Assembly: GCA_013115145.1 (NCBI GenBank)
Contig: JAAPAO010000004.1
Coordinates: forward strand, 62,001-126,000
DNA from: Perkinsus chesapeaki ATCC PRA-425
Taxonomy: Eukaryota > Protista > Perkinsozoa
Length of the DNA: 64,000 nt
Reading direction: 5' to 3'
Part shown: positions 49,412 to 60,928 of the stretch, in pieces
Numbering within the stretch: position 1 is the stretch's first letter
Layout of the letters: the number at the start of each line of letters is the position of its first letter
Made by a program: the position numbers and the translations under genes
Notes under the pieces: generated by a model
The model's database searches: none
Seen by the model: only the letters and a program-made list of their open reading frames with translations
What the model was told of the DNA's origin: nothing

Positions 49412-50060
49412 TTACAGATAGAAAGCACTGTAAACCGTGAAGTGGAGCCTCGCACAGATCGGAGTTCTCAATGTGTCCAGGTCCTGGACACCAGGATGAT
49501 TGAAACTGTGCACTTTGAAGGAGGCAACTTCTAGCGGAAAGGTCTTCGAACACCCGGCTGCTAGCCGGCGGCTAGATGTCGAGACATTATGCCTCAAACA
49601 TGCGAGGAGGAAAACAAAGGTCTTTGATCATGCTGCCGTTTGGATGCTGACCCTAGTACGTTACAACGAAACGCTTCGATGCCATGATCGACTCTTTTTA
49701 CCTCTGATCGGCACTCTTACCTGAATCTTCGAGCGCCCTGTCTTCATCGGACTGCCGTAACCCTGACTGCGAAGATCCTTCTGATTACTTCAGGCAGATA
49801 GTTGTTAGCAATGTAGCGTGCCCAGCAATGTCGATCTGCCACCCCTAGTATGTAAGAGAAGAAATCAAGGAAGCGATACGGGAAGATCAGTCGCAACCGA
49901 CCTTCGATGTGGCATCCCCGACCCATCTGTGATCATCAAGCCGATAGAGAAAAACTTCCTCAGAAAGTACCAGCAGTAAAGTCACAGTTTGTGACCCAGA
50001 AATGCCATGTACCAGTGAGCAAACAAGAAAGGTTGCTACTGTCTTCGGCCTATAGACTTA
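49412..50060 (-). pseudogene. Possible decayed tyrosine recombinase (DIRS/Crypton-type)
   Basis: Across stops and frameshifts, in the expected order: KTVATFL..H, GKSADQR, QRPLF, VHSF, ICARLH..YSAFYL. Weak pattern match only. Confidence 0.35.
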
Positions 50061-50476
50061 CTTCCGCATCTCATTCGCGGTTTCGGTCGAGGCTTTTGTT
50101 ACTTCCGACAGTGCGTACGAGTTCAGACGAGGTAGTACAATTATCTCGCATGCAGCGTTTCTTAGTAATTCTACCACTGTACCAGGAGAACTCCATGTCG
50201 GAAGCAACAGAGACACGCCGCCAGAGCGTGTAACAGCGTGCCTCTATTAAAGCCACCACCCATTCCGACGAATTTCATCGTAGGAGAGGTTGAGTAATGA
50301 CAAGGGCTGAGGGACTTTCCAGAGAAAGCTCACGCGGTTTGGGGCTTCGCTCAAGTAGAGTATACCGTGCGACTCGATTGATATAGTCGATTAGCCAATG
50401 TAGCCGCATCGTACAACTCTATTTGTTTGGGTTATGGCGATTGAATCGATAATATAGATTCGATACAACATCCACA

Positions 50477-50547
50477 GCATCATTGGTCTAGTGGTAGAAT
50501 ACAACGTTGCCATCGTTGTGACCCGAGTTCGATTCTCGGATGATGCA
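50477..50547 (+). tRNA. tRNA-Gly(GCC)
   Basis: GCATCAT/ATGATGC acceptor stem, anticodon arm CAACG TTGCCAT CGTTG, T arm CCGAG TTCGATT CTCGG, TTTT downstream. Confidence 0.97.
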
Positions 50548-51723
50548 GAGCTTTTCAAAACAACCTATTGTGTGCTTTGTCCCTCCACCTCCCAAAACCG
50601 AACCGTGGCCATTACGAACATTGCCAGTATCAAGTACTGTGACAGAAACCGAAGTTCGACAACAGCCCTCCTAATTAATCAACACGCGCAATATATGCAT
50701 TCTCCAGCACGCTAGAAACGTATACCAATATTGATCAAGGCACCATCACAATCCGCCGCCAAGCCATCATCAAAATATCACCGCCATCACAGCTTTGTAT
50801 CTCAGAACCGAGTATTCTTCCTTTCACCAATACCATTGGCCTCGGCATAAGCCTCACAAGCAGCCGACAGCTGAGCCTATAACACATCACCCTTCGGACT
50901 ACTCCCATTATTAACACTTTTTACCGCAGTCCTCTTGGGTGGAGTTGTTCCTAGCAGTTTTCCAGCTCCCTGAAGGTAACGCGACTTGGCAGCTTCACTG
51001 CCGGTGACAGTATAGCCTCCATCTTGAGACACAGCCAGCTCCGCGCCGCTTGGACGATTGCATTCTCTAGAAAGATTTGTGGACATATCAAACGCAGTGG
51101 ACGCATTACCTCATTTTTACAAACTGCTTGGCGCATCCGTCCTTAGTCGGAGATTTGGCACACTGCATGAGGTCGATACCCTCCTGGATGCAATAATTAA
51201 TACCGAGACTGCAATAGAGATCATAATATCCAGAGATCCCGCATTGAAACCCTTAGTACCTTTCACCGCACTGCCTCAAAGCCTGTTCCTGTTTGGTACA
51301 CCTTGATGGGTTACCATTGCACTTGGCCATACAAGCATTGTATTCCGCGTGTATTAGCTTACACTTCTGGGCCTCAGCGGTAGATGAGTTATTAGAAGAT
51401 ACTCCACCAGCAGTCATAACTTGGCCAACAATGACAAGAGAGAAAACAAAAAAGGCTTGACGAAGGACAATACGAAAAGGTATGGTTCGAACTCAAGGCG
51501 ATCACCATTGAGGCCGCGGATAAAAATGGCTAAGCCGGTCACTGCTTCAGATAAACCGGTAAAGATCACAACAGCCAGTTACAAAAGATCTAAGAAGAAT
51601 GACATCATCGTCATGGTCGTCGACCTCACGCAGTGTAATATGGTACAAGTATAAAATACCCTGCCCGGGAATTGAACCCAGGCCCCGATGGCTTTGGTTG
51701 AACTACATATTGAGTTACTTCTT

Positions 51724-53016
51724 CTATTCACTGCTGGGCCTCATAAGAGCATCTGGAGGATGTCTAAGACAGTCAACTATGAGAGCAATGGCAAATCCAA
51801 TCACTGCTAGTATCTAAATGATATGAATATAATGGGATAATAACAGTATACTACCCCGAGGTTGATGAAGAATAACCCAGATTGTTCGCCAGTCCGCGGT
51901 AACAACTAACAGTCGGAATCATATCATCGTAGAGTGCACAGTACTACCTGCATAAACAACGACATTGTCCTTGGTCGTTGCCTGGCCACCGTAGTCGTCG
52001 TTGGAGCGTTATTAACCTCGTTAACCGCTGGACTACCATTCACCTTCTCTGTCTCTGCCTTTGGAGTCTCGACTTGTTCTGTCCGTTTAGGTGAAGGCGA
52101 TGGCTTATCTGAGTTGTACGAGATTATCGCATTTGTTAACATATCTAGCATACATATTCTATGCACTTCGAGCCGCTAGTCCAACATTTAATTGGCGTTA
52201 AAATATGGCAGTGTAATAGATGATCGTAACCATGCCTTTACTACTAAGCTTACCCATATTATCATCAAGAGCAACAAAGGCAACCGGTTTAGGAGCATTC
52301 TTGGCCTCCTCATCATCATTTGGTGGTAGATCCTCAACGTCCTCATCTCCTCCTGGTAAAATATCCTCATTTGACACCTGGAATTGGGATGATGAGGTGT
52401 AGTGGTATGATATTATTATTACACCACACATTTTACAGGTCCATGTTCGACTTTCCTTAGCTAATTGACGACGAGTATCAGCTGGCCAATCCAAAGCACC
52501 AATGGCCCCCTCACCTAACTTATCAAAGATGATATTGATACTTATTATATTACCTGGTGTGGGCATAAAACTGCGAAGGGCTTCCATAATGGTACGAATA
52601 CCCCATGCTGGTTGCCATAATTCTGGATGATAACTAGATATCGATAAACATATCTTCTTGCTCACTTCAAATCGACCATTTGGTGTGAGTAGCTACATGG
52701 TATTATTAATATAGTGTGTAATATAGATGATATCTTACCATTATAACAGGTGGACCAAATGGGTAATTGCTTGGTAATATGATTCTGCCATGATATCTAC
52801 CACCTTCGAATTCTGTCCCCGGTGGTCCTTTAAATGTATAATGCCATTCAAATATACTATCAGAGGCTAATAACAATAATAATAAGTATAAGCATATCTT
52901 AACCTACTTGGAGCAGCTGTCCAATTAGCACTTGGGTTCCTCTGTATTTCCATTATCTCTCTTTGTATCCTTTTAATAGTTTGACTTGACGCATTAACAT
53001 TACTAGAATCCGTCAT
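51724..53016 (-). CDS. UBE2J1: ER-anchored ubiquitin-conjugating enzyme E2 J1 (Ubc6 family), multi-exon
   Basis: KRIQREIMEI, FEWHYTFKGPPGTEFEGGRYHG, TPNGRFEVSKKICLSISSYHPELWQPAWGIRT; C-terminal TM ILAVIGFAIALIV. Confidence 0.92.
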
Positions 53017-53422
53017 AATTACAAGATCAACTAACAACAACCATTTTTACCGCCGCCGCCAGGTCATCCTGAATTGCTGCGTCGCGCGCCACGAAATTGC
53101 TTTTCGCGTTTAGCTCAAGATTTACACGCAAGTACCGCGACTGATTTTTCCGTATCAGACTTCACACGCTTTGAATGATCTTTTCTAAGATTTTTCTGTG
53201 TGTAACAGTGTCAAAAAGAGGTCTAAGTATAACACTTGTGCGTGTAGCACATTCCCATTTTTCATATCTAACTTGCAGTTATTGCTCTCTCTATTATCAA
53301 TATAATAATTGTATTGTGAATAACAACTGTTATATTATCCCATTCATCGGTTCTTGTTGTTGTTCTATTGACGGTATCCGTTACTTTTGTCATCGTGTGA
53401 ATGATTAGTGTCTTAATATAAT

Positions 53423-54396
53423 ATGGGCCCTCCTCAACATGCTCCATCTACATCATCACTTGGTGGACTAACTGCTAATGCTGTTAGTTTAGTTAGAAGT
53501 GCCAAAGAATCAGAATGGTTACCAAATTACGACTCCCAAAAGATACGCTCAGTTGTGAAAGAGATGGGTATCTTAGGTTGATTCGTGACTCACACAGTAT
53601 TCAGTCTCAGGTGATCTATTCCAGAGATTAGTTCTTGCTCAACACTTGGCCCAACAAGTAGATTCATCAGATGAGGATGAGTTTGGTGTTGGTAAAAGCA
53701 AGAAGGCTGCTCTTAGTGCTGTTATATACTTGGACGCAATACTCAGGAATCGGCAATGTAAGCCAACTATGAGTGGTACTCCCAATTTCGTCTGCTTTAG
53801 GTGTTCTTGCTTATCTACAGTACCGTTTGGATGTTTTAACGTGCCTTCGATGGCAGGCCGGTGCAGCACCGGTTTTAACTGATCTCATCGGCCCCCGTCC
53901 AGTAGCATGTTCTTAGTTATAAATCTATTATTTTACTGTAGGTAACTGATGGAAATGAAGATGATACCTCTACTGGTCTCCAAGCCGGAGACACCATAGC
54001 CGGTCGAAGGCTCTCTCCAGCTGAGCGTAAATTCGTGTACAAGTATTCGGACATGCTTGAACAGTAACACTTGTCTTTTAATCAAATCTCTGTCATCGAT
54101 AGTTGATCAGATATATGATTGGGTTAACTCGTGAGACAAGATACACTCGTATCTTGGACTTGACCTCGGACCTTCAACCTCCACCATTTGTACCCGAAAT
54201 AAGAATTAGACCAAACAGAGATATCCATCATCGTTCACTAGAAACAGGCGAGACACGCCTGTATAGTAAAAATATGGAGTAGGCCAGTTACACTTGGAAG
54301 ATCTGAGTTATCTTATTCAGTTATCATTTGAGCCGTTCTGATTTCTACAATTATGTTAAAGCTGGCTGGGCTGTGGACGTTACAGGGAATCATTGA
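53423..54396 (+). CDS. PSF1: GINS complex subunit Psf1, multi-exon
   Basis: WLPNYDSQKIRSVVKEM, RNRQCVLAYLQYRLDVLTCLRW, LSPAERKFVYKYSDML, LDLTSDLQPP, HLSRSD...VKAGW. Confidence 0.8.
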
Positions 54397-54570
54397 TGTT
54401 CCTCCACATGCAAATCAATTATCAACTCAACAACACCTGTGTTGTTTGGGAAATGATGAGATCTTGGTCATCTTGCTGAATCTTACGTTACCTTAACGCT
54501 TCCGCGTGCCTTCTGTTGACCGTTTGTATCTTGTTAACCTATAGTCATTTTCTCGCTATTTGTGCGCAAT

Positions 54571-55005
54571 ATGTCCCCGTCCAATGAATCCTTTTATATG
54601 CCAGCCATTGTGGAGGATTTGGCAAGGTAATTCAACTTCTTTTCCTGTGCGTTAGAACGTGCTTTAGGATATCATCAGTATCGTCTTTGATGTCTAATGT
54701 TGTAGCTCGAGCAAGAGGTAGATCATCATCTATTAACCCCCCTATTGTAACACTTCACTTACTTGTGCTTTGGATAGCTTCCTTACAGTCATTGGTTCCA
54801 TCCCAGAACACGTCATATGCGGATATTCCGTGGCCAATGCGAACAGACTGGGGTGGACATGATCCAGCAAGCCCTTTTGCCGAGCTTATAATCAATACTC
54901 ACTCAATGATTTGGCCAATGGCAATCTTTATCTTCTTTTCTGCAGCGTAAGCTCATTTCATCGCGATTTGCAGTATCGTATTTCAGGTATATGGTTAAAA
55001 AATGA
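54571..55005 (+). CDS. Small single-TM protein family, copy 1 (about 103 aa, four exons)
   Basis: MSPSNESFYMPAIVEDLAR|ISSVSSLMSNVVARARGRSSSINPPI|SLVPSQNTSYADIPWPMRTDWGGHDPASPFAELIINTHSMIWPMAIFIFFSAA|YMVKK*. Confidence 0.8.
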
Positions 55006-55174
55006 CATGTGTTTTGCTGCACCACCAGCAGCAGTCTTGTGTGATGTCACCAGTTTCGGTAGTCTTTATTTTTGATGTGATCCATGAAGCGGCATCTCGG
55101 AGCAGTTTCCAATCCGTTAATGAGCTCATTGTTGCAGAGACTGTCGATTATACTATTATCAGTTTGGTATCTCT

Positions 55175-55609
55175 ATGACCATTAATCCTCCACCCACCGC
55201 CTGCCAGCCATCGTCTGAAGTTGCCGATTTGGCAAGGTAAGGTGATTTCAGTAGAGTCTAATAACTTATCATTTCTAGGATTACATCAGTATCATCATTG
55301 ATGTCTAATGCCATGGCAAGGGCAGCCGGTAGGCCACTAAGGAACCGCGTGAGTTTTGCATAAGTTCAAGTCTCCTGAACTTGTTCGTTATTTCAGTTAC
55401 TCTCACCATCTGTTGCTAGAGCAGACATTGCATGGCCAATGAGAACTGACTGGGGTGGGCATGATCCTGCCTCACCCTTCGCTGAGCTTATGATTAATAC
55501 GCATTCGATGTTTTGGCCCGTGGCTATCTTCATCTTCCTATCGGCAACGTAAGTCGCATCACGTATTTGTATATAGTCTGGCTTAAACAGGTATATGGTT
55601 AAGAAGTAA
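55175..55609 (+). CDS. Small single-TM protein family, copy 2
   Basis: MTINPPPTACQPSSEVADLAR|ITSVSSLMSNAMARAAGRPLRNR|LLSPSVARADIAWPMRTDWGGHDPASPFAELMINTHSMFWPVAIFIFLSAT|YMVKK*; same intron positions as copy 1. Confidence 0.8.
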
Positions 55610-55829
55610 TAGGTGAAAGTATATGATTATTCGTATCATCGTACAGAGGTTGGTGATGAAGATCATTCTATTATCACCTCCTCATTGATAGCATGCTGTA
55701 GCTCCCTAATAGTTTACGAGCTGTAAGATGATGAGCTCCATTGCTTTTTATATTACCAAAGCTTACTTGAGTTTAGTTTCTTCCGGGCTTTAGCTATTCT
55801 AAGCCTAAACCTGTGCACTCCTCACCAGC

Positions 55830-56293
55830 ATGGCATTCCCCAATTCCTCGCCTCGCTGTTCTGGAGGGCAGCTGCAGAGGCATTCTGTCGATGATGTAGA
55901 TGGAATAAAACTCCTAACAAGGCATGTTAACCTTCAAGTATGCTGCCATACATGATATTTTCAGAATCAATTCAGTGCCGAATTTGTGGCATAATGTCAT
56001 TGCCAGAGCTTCTGGACAGCCCAGATCAGTTGTTACTCCAGTGAGTAGAACTCTCTAACAGTCAATCGATTTATGTATTAGATATGCTCTATGAATCACT
56101 CTTATGCTGATATACCGTGGCCAATGAGGACAGACCTCGGCGGCCATGATCCAGCAACTCCGTTTGCAGAATTGATAATCAATACACATTCTATGTTTTG
56201 GCCAGCGGCTCTTTTCATCGTTATCTCTGCAGCGTAAGTCGTCGATCCCTCTATACAATGAATACTCCTGTCAGATATATGGTTAAGAAGTGA
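55830..56293 (+). CDS. Small single-TM protein family, copy 3 (start uncertain)
   Basis: RINSVPNLWHNVIARASGQPRSVVTP|...SYADIPWPMRTDLGGHDPATPFAELIINTHSMFWPAALFIVISAA|YMVKK*. Confidence 0.7.
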
Positions 56294-59029
56294 AAGTATT
56301 TCATAGATTATTACGTCGACTCATTTTCGTTTTGCTTTATTCAGTCTGGCGTATAGCCTTAATAACAGTATCCCCGTTCTAGGGGTAATTTCATGTTTTC
56401 GAAACCTCTTATTAATTTCATCATACAAAGCTTCTGCATTTTATTTCTATTTGAGTTCTGTCAGTAGTGACCGTGTAATTGGCGTACTGTTGCCGAAACA
56501 ATGGATGTGTTGCACTTGGAGTACACAATTCTACCTATATTTTTCGAATGCAACTAACACTTACTCAAAAAAACTCCGCTGAAGCATGAATTGTACCAAT
56601 ACACGCGATATATGGTTGTTCGAGTTAAAGTCAACAATCCTGGCTCGTGAATCAGATAGATACCACTGTAATGGTACATAGCGATCCATCAATTGTCCTC
56701 GACCCTTTCGAGCCGGATGATATCAGTATTTCGGCAGGCACGAATAACATCACTTCAGACAGGACACTCACGTCGTTCATTCACCTTGTTCCGAGTTTAT
56801 ATTCGAAAGCCAGTCTGCTCAATCAGAAGTGTGCATTCGTGAGTTTAAAGATGGATTCCTTGCTATCGAACGCATCAGTATTAGTGTATTTGCCTTCGCG
56901 AGCCTATCCTCAATCAACACAACAGCAACAAGTGTGCAAGGGTTAATCATCTGGTTCCAAAAAATGTGTATTACACAATCTAGCTCGCACAGACAATTAT
57001 GTGGCAACACAAATAGACAAATGAGGGGCCGACTCTGGCTCGAACTGTATTGGAAAGCACTCGTGCTCTCCAAGACATTCAAGTCTGACTGAGGCATCTT
57101 GAGAACTGCGCGGAATAATCTATTGTTACTTTGTATACCTGAGCCTCTACGATCCGAAGTAAGGAGGTTGTGGAGTCGCCACGAGAGGCTAGGCGGCCGA
57201 TCAGGCGCTTCTTTCATTTGAAGTTAATGTGTTGTAATCACGTTATCCAATGTTATTGTTATGTAAATTTGTCGATACTAATACTTAACGATACCTACCA
57301 CACACCGCAAATTCCAGCGCCAAAGAAGGTATTCAGGCATCGTTCCAACTTGGAACTTCCAAGATTGTAACGCTTAGTATTGCAGCGGATCGCCTGACGT
57401 TTGAAGGTTTCCTCACACACCTCGCCCGTTCGTATTCCCCGTACACAGCGATGTGCCCCCACTAGTGTTAGGGTCGTAGAGGAGCTACAATGCTGTGAGG
57501 CTCAGCGTGTAATTTTGGATCTGGCCAATCTTTCTCCATTCCGTCCATTCTAGTATCACCGCGAGATATAGGTGGCGACATCGTCTTGTTACAATCGACG
57601 CTGCTCTGGGCCTTTCAGAAGAAACATCAGCCGAAGGGGATTTTCCAAGGATCATCCAAGGAGCCCGTTGAGAGGGTCCTCGCGCGTAGAGATGCGTTAC
57701 AAAGTTTGTAATACAAACTAGGTATAAATCTATGTCCAGCGACCGTGGGTGGTTCCCGGGATGGCTCGCTTGGTGAGAGATGCTTCCCGTTTGCATTGTA
57801 GTCGCAAGTTATGCACTAGACCACAACATGGCGACACCTTTGGTTTATAAATGATAACCTACGAAGTGGATTTGTGCATTTGGCTATTCGCCTGGAGCAG
57901 CAGTTTTGTAGCTGAAAGCTTCTACTTGTAACGCAAAATACAGAAGTTCAAAACCACATAAAAGGTTCAGGCTCCCACCGCATCGTAAAAATCCCGCATA
58001 GGGCCGTTTCAGCAGCATCCAAACTATGACATAGGAAGGGACAATGGACACATAACAAATCTCAGACGCTACTTTGTGGAGGGAGCCTGCGGCGAGCTCC
58101 TGGGAGCTATTGATGGCGCAAACTGTGGATATGTATACGCCCCTCGATTCTTTGTGCGGGATCGCGGATCAGTAGCATTCTCAACTTGAGTGGCGTACAA
58201 TGGGGTAAGCGAGGGTAAGCGGCTGCGTACCCCTCTGGAAAAAATAACATTTCCTGCTTACCCTCCCTTGCTCACCCCGTCGTGTTAAGTGCGACCCCCC
58301 CAGTTCGGGATTTTGGAGCATCCCAAAGAGAAAGTGACGTCTAACGTGTATATTTTCGTATTTTTCGCGCGCGATGCGCCTTGCTTGCGCGCGAAATTTG
58401 AGATTCTCAAGGCCGACTCTCCCGCTGACATGTTGGTCCTACCATCGCATAACATCTGAGATACCCATGCGGCCGTGAGTAGGAGACACATTCTTGCACA
58501 ACAAGCAGGGCTCATAATCTAGTTTCTAGATTCGTAGCAAACTTGGCCATTTCGTCTGTGAGCGGTGGTGACCAACGGTTGGATAACTTTCCTGCTCATC
58601 TTGAGCAAGAGTTTCCACTATAATGTCAACTCCGGTGACTTATCTACTCGGTTGGTTGCGAGGAACAAGGAGACAAGACATCCTCAAAGATGTCACGGAG
58701 CTGCGATTAGGATCTCGCTGGATACGCGGCGTTGACAGAAGGTTTCTGCCAGAAACCTCAGAAGGCCTACAGAGGACCTCAGAGCAGTATCACCGCTTTG
58801 TCCTCTTGACCCGCGATGCGGCAACGAGTAAAGGCGCTTGTGACTCTGCGGCGTTTCGAGGACTTGGGATACAGGAGCGCGAGTGCCCAGAGTAGTATCA
58901 TGAACGTTTCTGTGTGATGTATCTCTCATCTGAGCAGCTTCGGTAGAATATGCAGTTGATGTGATAATGAGTTAATGAGCTCATTGTTGCAGAGACTGTC
59001 GATCATACTATTATCAGTTTGGTATCTCT

Positions 59030-59463
59030 ATGACCATTAATCCTCCACCCACCGCCTGCCAGCCATCGTCTGAAGTTGCCGATTTGGCAAGGTAAGGTGA
59101 TTTCAGTTGAGTCTAATAACTTATCATTTCTAGGATTACATCGGTATCATCATTGATGTCTAATGCCATGGCAAGGGCAGCCGGTAGGCCACTAAGGAAC
59201 CGCGTGAGTTTTGCATAAGTTCAAGTCTCCTGAACTTGTTCGATATTTCAGTTACTCTCTCCATCTGTTGCTAGAGCAGACATTGCATGGCCAATGAGAA
59301 CTGACTGGGGTGGACATGATCCCGCCTCACCCCAGGCGGAACTAATGATAAATACGCATTCGATATTCTGGCCCGTGGCGCTCTTCATTTTCATATCGAC
59401 AACGTAAGTCTAACCTTTTATGGGGATGTAGTCCTGTCCAATAGGTATATGTTGAAGAAGTGA
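59030..59463 (+). CDS. Small single-TM protein family, copy 4
   Basis: Near-identical to copy 2 at the 5' end; ends GGHDPASPQAELMINTHSIFWPVALFIFISTT|YMLKK*. Confidence 0.8.
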
Positions 59464-60928
59464 TGGAAAGAGGTACATAATCATTCGTACAGAGGTTGGT
59501 GATGATGATTCTATAACCACCTCATCATTGGTAGCATACTGAAGCTCCCCGAGGCTTCGGCCTCTTCCGGATTATTTGCTATTCCTAGCGAAATCCGCAC
59601 ACTCCTTGTCCTGGTCCCATAAGAGTTGGCAGTCTCCTCCGCACACCCTTTGTTAATGCGTGCTTTTGGGTCATTGGTTCTAGACCACACACCATGGATG
59701 AGTACTATTCTTCGCCAGTACTGCTTCTAACTGGAGGCTAGCCTTGTGTTTATCCAGTAACGGGACTGGTTTCTGGAATGACCAAACCTCTCACATCGCG
59801 TTGGATATGGAGTACAACCGCTTTGCGTTCTACTAGTAGGACAGCTGTCTAATATACTATGTAATATATGAGGGTATCAAACTTGTATCTCTGTAACCCA
59901 CGATACTACAATACTGATATAATTTTTATGTTAGGTCGGATGGCTTAGGATCTGTTCTGATCGGATCATTCAACTTCAATGAAGAAGAATGTCCGTTTTT
60001 ATTTTGAAGATGAATTCCTGCCTGTGAACGAACCAGGCAAATCAGCAGCTGAATTTCGGCAACATCGCTCCGAGTTGGGCTGATGTGTAAGCTTTTCGTC
60101 GTGTCGGATTCGATTTATCTCGTTCCTAATACCGCAGTACTATGCCTCCAAGGACGGGAATGGCCGAAAGGTGATGGCGGATCTTCGTAGGGTGATATAA
60201 AGCATATTTAAGTCAATCATCAACCCATATCGAGGGGTTCTCTATAAGAAGCAGCTCCAAGCTAAGTGGATAATCAATGAAGCTTAGGAGCATCCAATCG
60301 ATGTGCCTTTTACGAAGTACTCCACATTTTCGGACTGAAGTAAATTCATATGACCATGCTATTATTCTCCACGAAGCCTAACAGACTGGGGTGATTGGGA
60401 TGATATTAGACGACCAAATCAGTGGATGGCACTTTGTGCTATGGCACTTCACAAACACTACACTCGGGTAACTTATTCCGACAGGTTGCAATCTGATCAA
60501 TCAGAGGCGCCTATTGGTGAGTACTGAGGATGGATTCCTGTCTGTTGACGAAACCAGGAGTATACTGAATTATTGACGATAGGTTGTGAACTATATTGTT
60601 TTGAGCTTACATTCACTCGCCGCTCCCAGCGTCACGAATTCTAGCATAATAACTGTGGTATAACAGGATACGTGAAGCATAGATAAGCTATGTAGGGGAC
60701 CCATGCTTACGAATACAGCAACACAGCAACAGCAATACAGCAACAAACAAAATTCCTATCATGATTATTAGGGAACCCCTAATAGGGATAATGGAGAAGG
60801 GCATCAAGCTCGTACAAACGTCCTAGTGTACTGCATAAACTCTGATAGGCGAGATCAACCTTAGGGGGGATTGGAATGCATTTGCTGAATTGAACGAAAG
60901 CCAAACTACTAAGTAAAGGAAGCTTCTT

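Noticed and set aside
51521-51540. Relict spliced leader (TAGCCATTTT on the minus strand)
   Set aside because: Only a 10-nt match to the dinoflagellate-type SL; the GGCTCAAG part is absent.
59695-60560. Possible multi-exon gene between family copy 4 and HtrA
   Set aside because: Exon-like pieces could not be joined into a consistent frame by eye.
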